A stretch of 64,000 nucleotides of DNA from Octopus sinensis (taxonomy: Eukaryota), in the NCBI RefSeq assembly GCF_006345805.1, contig NC_042998.1, positions 54,684,001 to 54,748,000 of the forward strand, given 5' to 3'. Shown here piece after piece: positions 35,080-49,281 of the stretch. The position numbers and the translations under genes are program-made. Positions within the stretch are counted from its first letter, which is position 1, and every line of letters starts with the position of its first letter. Under the pieces are notes generated by a model. The model was not told where the DNA came from. It saw nothing but the letters and a program-made list of their open reading frames with translations, and searched no databases.

Positions 35080-35670
35080 TCATTGAGAAGACCAAAATGA
35101 TGTGAGAAATCAGTGCCAAGGATAGGATACAGTAGATTGGCATGAAGTACTGAAGAATAGGATGAAGTACTGATGAATGATCTCAGGAAACTGAACCTTC
35201 CAGGCAAGATGACAAAGGACTGAGATACCTGGCACCTGGCCGTACTCAAGAAGACCCATACCTTGCATTAGAAGTGTTAAGACTGATCCTTCTGATTGTA
35301 TAAAGCTTTCATGGTAGTGTCACATAAAAATCACCCATGCAGTGCTACATAAAAGCGACATCACATAAGAGCATCCATACGGCGTCACGTAAAAGCACCC
35401 ATGCATAACCACATTAAAGTGCCCATGTGTTGACACATAAAAGCATCTGCAAGATTTCACATAAAAGCAACCATGCACTGCCATATAAAAGCACCTAGCA
35501 CACCATGTAAAGTGGTTGATGTTAGGAAGGGCATCAAGCTGTAGAAATCATACCAAATCAGACTGGAGTCTGGTGCAGCCCCCCACCCCAGCTTTCCAGC
35601 TCTGGTCACACTGTCCAACCTATGTCAGCATGGACAACAAACATTAAATGATGGTGATGATGATGATGGC
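35080..35670 (+). mobile_element. RTE LINE 3' end (ORF C-terminus, tandem cacataaaagc modules, tail)
   Basis: WDEVL-like MNDLRKLNLPGKMTKD*DTWHLAVLKKT followed by UTR modules and a (gat)n tail. Confidence 0.7.
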
Positions 35671-38003
35671 AATGCTGAATATCCATTTGAAATACTATTT
35701 GCCATATGTAGGAATAAACAAATGGTTCATAACCGGTAGGGTAATAGCAGTTGACTTACAGGAGTCAGACAGAAGATTGACGGGCCAAATATTACAAGCT
35801 GCTCTAGTATTAACTAATAAATGTTATTTGGAGCTGATTTCAAAAATGAAAAAAAAAAACACTACAGACAGAGATTTAGTTGCATTCAGTCTCTGGCAAC
35901 AAAGTTTTCCTCGTGTTAAGCAGATGAATTAAAAGATTGAGAAGAAATATACTTGTGAGTGTTTATTCCAAAATGACTACGATACCAGCAGAAAGATAAA
36001 GAAATTCTGCAAGGGCTATAGAAATGCAGTTTTGAAATTCTCCAGCCACAGGAATCCAAACATGGATGGGGCCTTGGAAACTAACCACTCAAGCTTGTCT
36101 GTTAGAGCTTGTATTTTGTCATCAGTCAATTTGCAGAATAAAGCCAAGTGAGAGGATATGGAAGACAGAAGTAAGACAGGTGAAGTAGCCATTCTTCATT
36201 TGTTTTCTGAGGAAACTGAAGGGACAGAAGGCACCATAATACTGCCAATATGAAAAAACAAAGATCTTGGTCATTATTAAGCTGGAAGGAACTTTCTTGG
36301 CATTGCCAGAGTGATTTAGCTACTATTTCAAGGAAAATGAACGTGTAGCTTGTAAGGAGTCACATTTGCTTGATGAGGTGGTGGAAAGCATCAGTAAAGA
36401 ATGAACATAAAATGCTTCTTGCACACAGTCTTTGAGTGTTATCTAATCTTAGTTAGGATTTCCTGAATGAAAAGGGGCCAAAATGACATGCCACAGGGCA
36501 GAACACAGATACTACTGCAGAAATGTAGAAAATATTTATGACTTGAAACATATTTCTAGTCATAGGTCACCAATCGTAGATGAGAAGAGATGATTTCTTA
36601 TGTCAGACACCACCTGCCGTTTTTCTGTGTGCTTTCCAGGAGTCTTCTATTTATAATGCTTTTATCACATGCAAAAATTTTGGATAGTAAAAGCTGTTGG
36701 AAAATTGTTATGTGAATTTCATTAACTACATAGCTACATCTTAAACCACCTGTATTCACATTAACTGAAATGTCACTTGATACATCAACAATAACAAGAC
36801 AAATTTCTTGTCATTGTTCTATGTAACAAGAAGCTTCTGTTCAGTGGTACTTCAAACACCATCTTAACGCTTTTCCTGATATTTATACACTGCAGAAGAT
36901 GAAATCATTTTTATATGATGCAAAAAAGAATAAGAATGTTATTACTCTAAATTCTGTGAAAAAATATATATCTGAATAACAGACAAGATATATATATGTA
37001 TATATTTCTTTCCTTTCCTGAGCGTCCAATAACACTATACTTGTTCCATTTCCTTGCGTTGTTGTGTTTTCTCTTTGTGTTTTCATGTTTGGATAAACTA
37101 TGTATGTATATATATATATATATATATAAAGAGATGAATGCTTTCTTTCTACTACAAATTGATCTAAGGGTTCGTGTAACAATACATAGATAATAGAATT
37201 AGCTACTTTACTAAACACTCTGGAGTTCTTTTCAAAATCAAGTGAAGCACAAAAGCAGTTTATTCTTATTACAAGTACGGTAACAAAAGTGTTAAAACAA
37301 TAAATAAATTTTAAAAATTTTAACCAACTTTTTTTTTTCAAGTCTAAAATGTTATGACATAGGAGTTATACTAGTAATACTGTTTAACCTATAACACTGT
37401 GTGACATGATTTTTGTCCTTGGGTAACAACTGTTATTTCCCTATCCTTAGAAAGTATGAAAAATGGCTATTTCCTTCAAACTTTGCTTTTGTTACATTAA
37501 ATCAAACCCAAACAATCCCTTTCAACACATGGCTATGATATTCCTCCACTATTCCTGCTCACCATCAGAGATGCACATATTGTCAGCCACTAAGGGACAC
37601 GCTCAAGTGGTTAAGGTCAAGCAACTGACAAGCAAATCTGTGGCAGTGAGTAGAATATTTACTTTCATGATATTTCTGCTTCAGCAATTCAGTACTGAAT
37701 CTGAAATGTAATGGGAATTAGGTCAGATTCAAAATATTGATGTCCAGGTGACAAAAGTAAAGTCTGAAGGGAATGGTGGTCATTTCCTTTGATTTCTAGA
37801 TAGAAGCAAATATGAAATAACACTTAATGAGCAGAGACCAACAAAAAAAATAAATAAATTTTGTTACACAGTGTAATCAGTAAAATACAATATATATTTA
37901 TACAGAAACAAAATATGAAAGTAATCAACCTATATAGAACAATATTTCTTCTAAAAATCAAAGGAAAACTTTGCTCAAATGGTGTCTTCCATTTCATATA
38001 TGA

Positions 38004-38402
38004 CTAGCAGCATTGCCCGGCGTTGCTCGGGTTTGTTTTCTTTTTGACCCTTTAGAATTGGAATTTTTGAAAAGTAAAAATTTTGCATTTTGTAGCTTGT
38101 TATTCTCTTTAAGTGAACATTTTTCTGATTGAAATACACTGAAAAATGGCAACACAGCAGTCAAAAAATTGTAAAAAAAATAGTGATTTTCATAGAAAAA
38201 AAGCACCTTTTTGACGTAAATAATTTTTGGTCTTAACATGGTCCAAATTGAATTTTTTTCTTCTATGGAATGAAGAGCAAGCCTTCTTCTATCATACTCT
38301 CAATTTTGGCCAACTTGCGCCGCAGGGTCTCGGAGGAGATAGTGTTAGTTGAAGGCTACCAAACCTGCCACACACAGACAACTTCAGCTTTATATATATA
38401 GA
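38004..38402 (-). mobile_element. Non-autonomous Helitron, complete ends
   Basis: Minus strand A|TCTATATATATAAAGCTG ... cccgagcaacgccggg hairpin ... GCTAG|T: 5'TC, 3'CTAG, subterminal hairpin, A-T insertion site. Confidence 0.85.
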
Positions 38403-38869
38403 TTAAGCTGAAGTATAGTTGTTCAAATTACAATGAAGGGCAAAGAATGAGACATATAAAACGTTAGTATCCATTGTTACATGACAATGTGTTCAATTAA
38501 ATTCCATCTCAATCAGCTCTTTACTATGATGTCTTTGGCTAAAGTATAGCTATTAACATTTAAAATATCTTCTTTACAAAGTTTCCACCAGCACCTACAT
38601 GATTTCCAACAAGGAATCTTTTATTCATATCATGGTCATAAGGAGTGACTATTTTACAATTGTTGATTCAGGATTATAAATTTCCTTCCTTCAAGTTATT
38701 AGTAACATACTTTTTTTTACATTTCAAGAATGAAACAGCAGAAACTCAATTTGTCTCCTTTATGATAAAATAATGGTTATTGCCTCAACACAAACAGTGA
38801 GACTATAATAAAAAAAATGCAACATTTAAACAATGTGGATGCATACACCTACATTATATAGATCATCAT

Positions 38870-39240
38870 CATCACCATCCTCATCATCATTTAATGCCCA
38901 TTTTCCATCCTGGCATGGGTTGGACAGTTTGACCAGAGCTGGTACGGCCAGGGGCTGCACCAGGCTCCACGGTTTCTATAGCTGGATGCTCTTCCTAAAG
39001 CCAACCACCCCACTAAGTGTACTGAGTGCTTTTTATTTGATATCAGCACCAGTATTTTTAACATTGTACCAGCACTAGTGCTTTTTATGTGGTATTAGCA
39101 CCAGTATCAATTCTGGTGTGGCAGACAGGTCCCTCTGAGTACAGTAGTGTACAAATACCTCAGTCCTTAATCATCTCCTTTATAAGGCTCAGTGTCTTGA
39201 GAGCAGCCTTCAATACTTTGCCTCATGTCTTCCTGGATTT
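38870..39240 (-). mobile_element. RTE LINE 3' end
   Basis: Reverse complement gives RKT*GKVLKAALKTLSLIKEMIKD, then UTR and (gat)n tail. Confidence 0.7.
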
Positions 39241-39752
39241 ATCTCTCTCTCTCTCTCTCTGTATATATAAATAGTCCTGAATATAACTTTAAACTGCATC
39301 TGGTAATGTGGTCCTGGTTTGGGAGTTCCCAGGTTTTGAGGAGTGTGGAATCACCTCTTAGCCATCATTATTCTCAGGTCTATTCTGACCCAGAAGAATA
39401 ACATCTGTTAGGGTCCCAGTTATGGGTTAACTAGCATGTGAATTACTGGAAATGAAGGAACCCTAATCCTCATTAGAATTTCCTTCCAGTTTAAATGTAA
39501 ACTCACATGGAAAACCTAAAGTGCAATCAGTTTCTGATCATGTCAACCTCTGTTGTGCCATTGATTTAATAGCTGATTACACTGAAAAGTGAGTTAAGTG
39601 CTATGCAATACTTTATCCATTGAAATTCATGTGCAGGGACTTCTTGAACCCTTAGAACATTTGCAAGGACTTACTGAATTTAGGGAGTGGTCTTACTCGG
39701 TCATGAGTTGATTTACCCCATATTTATATGTATATATATATATATACACACA

Positions 39753-39948
39753 CAGTAATCCCTCGCACAGTTATTTAAGCTTATGTCAGTTCCTCCATGG
39801 TGTTGTTTTGCATTTATAATAAAATAAAAATACACAAATTATAAAAATAATCAAGAAAATATACATTACAGTACTATTTCTACTTCACAGATTTTTACCT
39901 ATCATGGGGGGGGGAACATAATACCCACGATAATCAAGAATTACTGTA
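39753..39948. mobile_element. pogo/Tigger-like MITE
   Basis: cagtaatccctcg ... cgataatcaagaattactg|ta imperfect TIRs with TA-like flanks. Confidence 0.55.
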
Positions 39949-39962
39949 TATATGTATGCATG

Positions 39963-40008
<46 letters not shown>

Positions 40009-40226
40009 TACATTTTTGCCTCTGTCTTTCTCCCTCTTTTCTCTTCTAAACAAAACAAAACAACATCCTCTTTTCAATTTCTGTATAAGGTGGAAGAAAT
40101 TTTCTGTGCATATATCTTGAAGAGTTCAACTGAATGGACAAAAGCACTAATAAAGAATTATCCAAAATTCTGACTGCTTCCTTCTTCTTAATTTACTGTA
40201 TCTGTACACCATTTCAAATACCCTAT

Positions 40227-40266
<40 letters not shown>

Positions 40267-40269
40267 TTG

Positions 40270-40870
40270 AGAATTCCTTATCCCAAATTCCTAGAAACGA
40301 AAGTGTTACTAAAACATGGGATAACTTTGGGATGGGAACCAATTTGAAACACAGTATCCATTTACATTTCATAATATAGCTTGCATACCTGGAATGTAGT
40401 TTTATATAAATTTTTAAATAATTTTTTATAATAATACCAACAGAAAGGTATGATATCAGTCTCTGCTTACAATGATCATGTTTTGATTAAATGTCCCTAG
40501 TAACCCATGCCCTTTTGTTAGCACAATAATGGACTGCAAGGTTGTTCATACCTTTAAAATTGCAAAGATGCATGCTTTTGCCTACCACAGTAAGTTCACA
40601 CTTGTGTATTCCTGCTGCATTTGCATATTCCAGTACAGTTAATCTGCCCTTAGCAGCCTTAACTCTATAAGAGATCTCTCATCAGTTGTCGTCAGTGTTC
40701 TTCTGGGCAATAACACCAAAACAAAGATGTTTCATCAGCATTATAGACTTGCTCTGCTGTTAAATTTTTATCATTGGTGCTCTTGGCAAAGTCATCAATG
40801 AATTTCTCTGCTGCATCATGATCAGCAGATGCTTTATCACCATAAATCTTTAAATGTTTAATGCTTTATT
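40270..40870 (-). mobile_element. Tigger/pogo transposase remnant
   Basis: Minus translation IKHLKIYGDKASADHDAAEKFIDDF...QVYNADETSLFW...RLTVLEYANAAG...VVGKS (NADET DDE_1 motif); frameshifted. Confidence 0.85.
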
Positions 40871-41692
40871 GCTATCTAACAAATACACACACTCTCTCTC
40901 TCTCTCACCTTCACTCCCTCTTATTACTATCTCTTCCCCCATTCCTCCACTCATGCTGTTTATATTCTATCTCCTAACCAACAACCTTATGTAGCTCTCT
41001 GTCATCTCCCTTCTGTTATTTTTTCCTCCATAACACATCTCTCTCTCTCTCTCTCGCTCCTATTACTTTGTCAGTTACATTCTTTCTATTCAATCACTTT
41101 ACCAACAAACCCCATATAGCTGTTCCCCCACTCTCTCTCTCTCTCTCTTTTCCATTACTCTTTCTTCTACCAATTTGGTTTACTTATCGTTGCTCTTTCT
41201 TCTGTCACCTCCAATTCTTCTGTCCCCACCCAGCTGTGTGGGAAGGAAATGATCAAATAGAGACAATACTAGGAAAAGGGGACTTGCAAGAGGCAATCCA
41301 AGTAGGGTATGGACAAAAAAAATGAGAATTACAGGTGAAAACTATTTTATGTTGGTTGGGAAACTATCATATAGTTAAACATAGGGCTTTGCTATTTTAC
41401 CTTACTTTGGTATATTTTACTTATTAAAAATCATTTCACTCAAAATAAGAATTATTGCTTCCATTATGCTAATTTTTTTCAAGCACTTGAAACAGAATAC
41501 TTAAGACATTAAACTGCTATTGTTTTAACTCTTTTGTTACTATATTTTTGATGAAATTCTATGCTTTTTCAAAATGATAGAAAAAAAAAAAAGAGAAGGG
41601 ATTTAACAAAATAACTTGAATATCATTAACCCGGTGTTTGGCACATAACATAACAGAAGGTTCTCACATAAAGACTATGATAAAAGGTTTAA

Positions 41693-42170
41693 CCTTTTAG
41701 TATTTAAACCAGCAATATCTGGCCCAAATATCGTATCTTATATTCAGACTATCCAGATTTGTCCTCTTACACCTACCCAACAATGTCATTCCAAAAATAA
41801 GCAATTACATCATTGAAGTCTGGAAGCTATAAGATAATGCATGGCTAATTCAAAACTATGTGAATAAATTAGCATTATATTTAATAGAGACAATAAAAAA
41901 AGTCAAGTTTCAATTCATGCCAACTCATAAGGGCCGGTTTCCAGTTTCCATATTCTCTATTTGGATGGGGACTTTGGCCTATCGCAGGATTCAATTTTGC
42001 CAACTGAGCGGATTGGAGCAACGTGAAATGAAGACTTTTGCTCAAGAACACAACGCATCACCTGGTCCTAGAATCGAAACCACAATCTTACAATAATGAG
42101 TTCAACACCCTAACCACTATGCCACGTGCCTCCACATTTAACAGACAAGAGTAATCTGAATGCTGAAGGG
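41693..42170. mobile_element. piggyBac-type MITE with nested SINE family C (~41915-42135, minus)
   Basis: ttaa|ccttttagtattt ... aatgctgaaggg|ttaa; internal SINE C core. Confidence 0.8.
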
Positions 42171-42879
42171 TTAAATATAAACACTTTAAAACTAATAGCT
42201 TTGTTTCAAAGAACAGGAAGCAATCGAAAGTGGTTTGGTATCAAAGAGAGTTAAAGAAATCATAAAGTTATTATACACACACACAAGCTCTCTCTTAATT
42301 TCAGTCTCTTAGCATTTTGCTTCATTTAAACACATCCAATCTTCAAATTTCTCAGTCACTAATTAAAATGATGCCTTCACACAGTAATAACAGTTGCACA
42401 TTAAACTCGACAAAGTTTGTATATTTCAGAACTAATCCAAAAATGTAGATTGACTTACAAATACAGGAGATTAAAACGAAACTACGAATAAAGAGAAAAT
42501 GTCTTACTGCTTAAATATTTCATAGAAGAGCTTGGGGGCCTAATCAGGGAGACTGACTATTGATTCGTTAGATTTTAATCAGGTCTGCACAAACTTTAGT
42601 CAGAACACAGATGAGTATTGCTTCTGTTAATTTGCACTGAGTTTAAACTAATTTACTAAGTTTTGCAGAAATTTGTTCATTTTGAAATGAATGACTAAAA
42701 GGTTGAACCTTCCTAAATTTAGGAAATGAAAGAAAGCAAAAAATAAAACAAAAATTAAATTTACTTTCTTAATTAGGTACATTCGTTTGTTGACTCCAGT
42801 CACTGAACTATAGCCAGACCAGGGCACCACCTTTAAAAGTTTAGTCAGTCACATCAATTGCAGTACTTAGTAATGGTAA

Positions 42880-43372
42880 AGTTACCTTCTCGAGTCATAT
42901 CGACTCATAAGGGTCGGTTTCCCAGTTTCATGATGTATATATTCCCCATCTGGATGGGACACCAGTCCATCACAGGATTACTCATTTTTGCCAGCTGAGT
43001 GGACTGGAGTCATGTGAAATGAAGTGTTTTACTCAAGAACATGTGTCATCAGGTCCAGGAATCAAAACCACAATCTTACTATTATGAGTCCAACACCCTA
43101 ACCACTAAGCCTGCACCTCCACTAAGTTTCCTTCTCAAGTCTTACTGATTCATAAGGGCCGGTTTTCCAGTTTCATGGCATATATATCCCACACCTGGAT
43201 GGGACGCCAGTCCATTGCCGGATTACTCATTTTTGCCAGATGAGTAAACTGGAGCAATCTGAAATGAAGGGTTTTGCTCAAGAACACAACGTATCACCTA
43301 GTCTAGGAATCGAAATCACAATCTTACGATCATGAGTCCAATATCTTAATCACTAAGCCATACACTTCCACC
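42880..43372 (-). mobile_element. Head-to-tail dimer of SINE family C
   Basis: Two consecutive copies (~42880-43120, ~43130-43372), each with ctggatgggac.ccagtccat...gatgtgagtaa/ctgagtgga...ccactaagcc. Confidence 0.85.
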
Positions 43373-43824
43373 AGTACTTAGCCTGGTACCTATTCTATCA
43401 TAAAGGAAATAACTTAGTTGAATCTAAACACTACATGGGAGAGGTTTTTTTCTTTTTCTTCGATATACCAACTTTTATTCACTGTTCTATTATTTCTAAG
43501 GATTTTTAATTAGATACCGTAATACATTTGGCGAATGAGAAACGATCAGACTGACCAAAATATTTGCCCTATACTTATTTTATCAACCCTAGAAGGGAAC
43601 ATGATTTCAAATTTGAAGAAAAGGAACAGATGATAACATTGACCTCAAGATGTAACTGGTGCTTTATTTTATCAATCCCAGAAGAATGGAAAGCAAGATT
43701 TGAACTCTGAATGCAGAAAGTTAGAAGAAATACCAAGGCATCGAATTTCCAATGGACCCCACACTTTTAAAAATCTGTCTACTTAATAAACTAAATATAT
43801 ATATAACTGAATAATTATCTTTTT

Positions 43825-44210
43825 ATCTTTCTTTATTTTATACTTTGCAGTCATTAGACTGTGGTCATGCTGGGGCACCACACTGGAGAATTTCAGTCAA
43901 ACGAAATGACTCCAGGACTTTTTTTTTTTTTAACTTGGTACTTATTCAACTGGTTTCTTTTGTCAAACCACTGAATTATGGAGATGTAAATACACTAACA
44001 CCGAATTTCAAGCAATGGTGGGGGACAAACAGACACAAACACACATCTGACAGGCTTCTTTTAGTTTCTATCTACCAAATTTACTCACAAAGTTTCAGTT
44101 AGTCTGAGGCTATAATAGAAAACGCTTGTCCAAGGTGCTACACTGTGCGACTGAACCTGGGACCATGTGGTTGGAAAGCAAACTTCTTACCACACAGCCC
44201 CACCTGCACC
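43825..44210 (-). mobile_element. SINE family A, degenerate
   Basis: gcagtcattagactgtggtcatgctgg ... aacttcttaccacacagccccacctgcacct. Confidence 0.8.
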
Positions 44211-45267
44211 TATATATGACTGATTAATTACAAACTTTACACTGCAGCCTTTTAAAACTTTGAGCACACTCACAAACATTGCTGTACCACCTGCGTGGAG
44301 CTCCCCAAGTTGGGAATTGCTGGTCTAAAGTACCTAGTCTACTTTAGATGGACACATAGAGGAGAAACTCAAAACTTGGCTCTGTTCCAAAAGGTTTTAT
44401 CTCAATCAGTAATGCCATTTAAATAGAAATCAATTCCATTCAAGTGGAACTAAAAGCAAGAGCTGTACACTAAGTACTCAGCAGTAAAAGTCACAGTTTA
44501 GATTCTCCCATCTTAAGATATCTGAAGTCCCAGAAATCCAGAATACTGTTCGATATTGATTAGCTAATATACTAACGTACTAATTTCCCTGCGGAATATG
44601 TTTGGGGGGCAAATTAGCTACATAATGTCTAACATTATAATTACAACCTTCAATCGAAATTTCTGTGTAGTAAGTAAGAAAGCAACAATGCCAAAAATCA
44701 ATTGCTGGTTTACTTTCAACTTATCATAAAAAAAAAAAACAAGTATTTTCATATTGAAAGGTTTTATAAACTACTTCAAAAGCATAAACATGTTGTTCTG
44801 TGTAGCCCTAGGTCAGTGCTGATCAAGTAGACTAAATAAAAATAATTATTATAATAATATTATTATTGTAGTGACATTCTTCTGAAGAAAACTTCCAAAA
44901 ATTGGAAATTGAGAATATTAATTCAATAAGGCAGTTTCAAAGAGATGCGCAGTATACTGACCCTAAGTCAATAATCTAATTTATCCCATTATTGTAAAAA
45001 TATGGCTTCTATAGGAGTCATTCAGTTCTAACTCTTCAACAGTGAGCATAATCTGTGAATCCCTGCTTCACTATTACTGTTTCATATTAAAGTTCCACTT
45101 TATAAAAAAAAAAATAACCTTGTTAATTATATTAATATGTTAATTATGTTCAAAATGTTCTGTTAAATATACATATATGACGGAACTGTTAGCACGAACA
45201 TTTTCAGTTAATTAAAAAAAAAAGAATGACAAATTTTAGCTTTTGCTACACAAAAGTCAATATGCTA

Positions 45268-45301
<34 letters not shown>

Positions 45302-45961
45302 AACACACACAAATACATATGCACATACACACTTGCAAACATATATATATTTGCAGGTTCATGAGAACTCAAAATTAATTAAAATTTGTTAAGGCTTTAA
45401 GATGTTAACTACGTGAATCTCTAATTACAATAGCGAAAAAGAATTGCTACAGAATCTATTTTACAATCCTGCTGAAATTTCATTTTTGATTTTAGAAATT
45501 CATTTTTCCTGAAGTTTAAAATTAGATAAATTTCACATATGAGTCACGAAGAATCTCTAGATTTTACAATTTAACATGTTATGTGTAAAAAAAAAAAAGG
45601 CACTCAGAAGGTAGTGCACCAACATGACTGCAGTCCAATGACTGAAATAAGTAAAAGATAAATAGTTTGTATATTGGTTCTTAATGGGTCTTTTTAATTA
45701 CTTATTTAATTAATAAATGCTCAGTAGTCTGTAGCTCAGACCAGACTGAAAAACAGTTATATATGAGCCAAAACAATTGTTCAAGATGCAAAGAACTGAA
45801 GCCAAATTGCACACAAATCACACTTCAATGATTTTTAAAAAATACAAAGGAAACATTTAGAAATGAATTCATAGATACAACATCTGAATAAAAGACAGCA
45901 TTGTAGGAATACTTTTGATCATAGATTTACTTGATTAGAAATTATTTACGGTTAAACAACA

Positions 45962-46153
45962 TAAGCGTAGGAGTGGCTGTGAGGTAAGTAGCTTGCTTAC
46001 CAACCACATGGTCCCGGGTTCAGTCCCACTGCATGGCACCTTGGGCAAGTGGCTTCTACTATAGCCTCGGGCCGACCAAAGCCTTGTAAGTGGATTTGGT
46101 AGGCGGAAACTGAAAGAAACCCGTCGTATGTATTTTATATATTTGTATTTGTA

Positions 46154-46188
<35 letters not shown>

Positions 46189-46370
46189 TTGTGTGTCCGT
46201 GTTTGTCCCCCCAACATCGCTTGACAACCGATGCTGGTGTGTTTATGTCCCCGTAACCTAGCGGTTCAGCAAAAGAGACTGATAGAATAAGTCCTGGGGT
46301 CGATTTGCTCAACTAAAAAAGTGGTGCTCCAGCATGGCCACAACCAAATGACTGAAACAAGTAAAAGAGA
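45962..46370 (+). mobile_element. SINE family A, full length
   Basis: taagcgtaggagtggctgtgaggtaag ... aaacaagtaaaagag. Confidence 0.9.
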
Positions 46371-46669
46371 AAAACAACATGGCTTAATTTGATGAGCCTA
46401 AGCCATGGTTATGAGTAGAGCTTACACAGTGCAATCTAATACTATAAATTAATGCAATAAATTATTGTCAGAGGTCAACTTTATCAGCTGCATGAGGCTA
46501 ATTCTAAGTGTCAACAGCAAGAAACCATGAGTATCTGGACAAAATGCCATAGTCAAATGACAATTTTAAGGTTACAAACTTATCACAAAATATCTATTAT
46601 TATTGACTGATATTTTTTTTACTTAAATCTTATTTGTTTTTAGTTCTTTTGGGGTTTTCTGTTTTGTAG

Positions 46670-46739
46670 AGTGTAGGAGGGTATTTTCGTCACATCACTC
46701 AATCAGAACATCTGGCATGGAAGAGTTGTATTGGTCCAG
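46670..46739 (+). CDS. Candidate internal exon (70 nt), SVGGYFRHITQSEHLAWKSCIGP
   Basis: ttttctgttttgtag|AGTGTA...GGTCCAG|gtaagt; strong acceptor and consensus donor; frame 0 open; phase-compatible with 28179-28236. Confidence 0.45.
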
Positions 46740-47379
46740 GTAAGTCACCTGACTCGATGACCACAATGACCTCTGCATCAGCCCACTAACTCACAGGTAT
46801 GCTTTTTTTCTTTCATCAATACTGAGTTGCATTTGCCAAATATCACACTAAACACTTTACCTCCCTTCAGAAATTTGCCCCTTTGGAATTCTATTCTAAT
46901 CCAAGTTTTTCCTAGAGGCCTCAACCAGCAGAACCTCAAGCAGAATATCAAATAAATTGAACCCTCTTCCGAATTTAACTAATTAATTAGAGAAAAAAAA
47001 AACACTTGTTTTAAATAATTATAATTTTAATTCTCTCGTTTTGTGAGATCAACTTGAAATGAGATGTTTCAAAATAAGTATTAACTTATGAATATTCTCT
47101 TTTTAGTAATCAGAATCATTAACTCTTTAAACACTTTATACTTTGTCATCTACACTGATTTCAAATGTTGGCACAAGGCCAGCACTTACAGCAACACATG
47201 TAAGTCGATTACTGGTACTTATTTTACTGACTCCAAAAGGTTGAAAGGCAAAGTTGACCTTGGCAGAATTTGAACTTAGAACATGAAAATGGACGAAATG
47301 CCACTAAACATTTTGCCCAGAGTGCTAACAATTCTGCCAACTCATCACCTTAACTTTGCCACCTACATTAATCCAATTT

Positions 47380-48330
47380 CCTTGAGTATTCGGTGCAGGT
47401 AGGTATTCAACAGGAATCCTCACTCCCCATTCATTCATTAAAGTTTTTGATGTTATAACCAAAAGTACAAAATTAGTTGTCTTTCAGAGCTTTTATGTGA
47501 GTTTCAGACAGCAAAATCCGTCAATGAGTCACAGAAAGAGGTGACACTGCAGGCATGGACAGCTTTATATCAAGAAGTGGGCTGCATAAGACATGTCTTA
47601 TCAAGAAGCAGGCCATACAACTAAAAAAAATTCAAGGTAGTTTTTTTGTTAGGCATATCATTCAGAAAGTCCTGCAGGTTACAGTTTGTCTATGATTGAT
47701 GTACAGGAAAATTAGTTGAGTATGATTTATTGGAAGTGCAATAAAATTCAAATTCTATGAAAGGCAAAAGGCCATTAGTAACAGAGAATAAATGCCAAAA
47801 AGATTTGGCTTTATGAAAACCACAATGGTAGCCACTAAGAAGTGAGAGAGATTCAAGCATCAGAGAATGTTGTTAACAGTTATCACTATCACTTATGAAA
47901 TCTTGGAAGCAACTATGTTAGGATGGTAGATGGGAGAATTAGGGGAGTTGCCCTTCTTTGGTATGGTATACACATTTGCAAAATGTAAGAATAACATTTC
48001 TGTAAAGAAAGAGAGAGACTGAAGAGTTTTTGTGAAGATAGGGGTTAGTTCTGGTGTGCATTGTTTGATAGTAACAGAAAGGATACAGTCAGAACTGCTG
48101 GCCAAAATGGTTGGAAATGACCAGAGGTACTTTCAGACTCAGTGTGTATGTAAACATGGCAGTGGTCCTGGAGAAGTGCAAATGGATAGAAGAAATTTAC
48201 TGCTTGTTGCAGTGTGAAGTTAGATGCAAAGCAAGCAACATATGTAAAGGCTTTCTCCATGAAAATACTGCTTGCAGAACCTGATCTAAATGCTACTAAC
48301 AGAGAAAATTCCACAAAAGGTATTCATCAA
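47380..48330 (-). mobile_element. Old L2/CR1-like RT remnant
   Basis: ASSSDCILSVTIKQCTPELTPIFTK...VYTIPKKGNSPNSPIYHP resembles the ASGPD..LK.CAPEL...PIPKKG..NYRPI block. Confidence 0.65.
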
Positions 48331-48859
48331 CAACAAAGTGGTGTTAAACTGGCTGACATTATGTACCTTCCAACCCTCTAAAACAATAAGATGTATGGAC
48401 TCTTTACATCAGTGATTCCCAACAAGGGGCATATGTCCTACTGATGGAGGCTAGGAAAATTGTAGTGCAGTGTGGGGTCCAAATTTTTTTTTAGTGGGAC
48501 ATGGAATCATGAAATTCTTTTTTCTCAACAAACACACTACACCTATACTAGGCATAGCCAAATCAATCCCTCCAGCCAAGCATATTGTGTGAAGACTGTT
48601 TGCTACTGTATAGAGCTATTATAATTGCCCTAGTGTGAATATTTCTTTAAGGAAAGTATATAATTATGAGAAGTTGATACTCAGCACTTAATAAAAGAAT
48701 TACCTGTAGATTATTTTTGTATGAAATAACTGATAGAATATTAAAAATAAAGTTGTTTTTTTCCCAAGCACTGCTGGAGCATACATTTTCCTGGAAAGTT
48801 ATAGTGGGGAATGGCGAAAATAGGTTGGGAAACACTGCTTTACATCATATATATATATC

Positions 48860-49240
48860 ATCATCGTTTAACGTCCGTTTTCCATGCTAACATGGGTTGG
48901 ACGGTTCGACTGGGGTCTGGGAAGCTAGGAGGCTACACCAGGCTCCAGTCTGATCTGGCAGTGTTTCTACAGCTGGATGCCCTTCCTAATGCCAACCACT
49001 CCGTGTGAGTAGTGTGTGCTTTTTACGTGCCACCGGCACAGGGGCCAGGAAGGGCTGGCAAACGGCCACGATCGGTTAGTGCTTTTACATGTCACCGACA
49101 CAGATGCCAGTCAGGCGATGCTGGCATCAGCCACGTTCGGACAGTGCTTTTTACATGTCACTGGCACGGGTATCTCAACTACAATTTCCATTTGATTTTT
49201 ATTTTGATGTTGGTGTCGACGTACTTGACTCAATAGGTCT
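48860..49240 (-). mobile_element. RTE 3'UTR fragment
   Basis: tcatcatcgtttaacgtccgttttccatgctaacatggg...ggatgcccttcctaatgccaacc. Confidence 0.85.
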
Positions 49241-49243
49241 CAA

Positions 49244-49281
<38 letters not shown>

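Noticed and set aside
35760-35805. Minus-strand exon candidate with cct|gtaagt donor
   Set aside because: Acceptor is weak or ambiguous, and the stronger acceptor gives stops in all frames.
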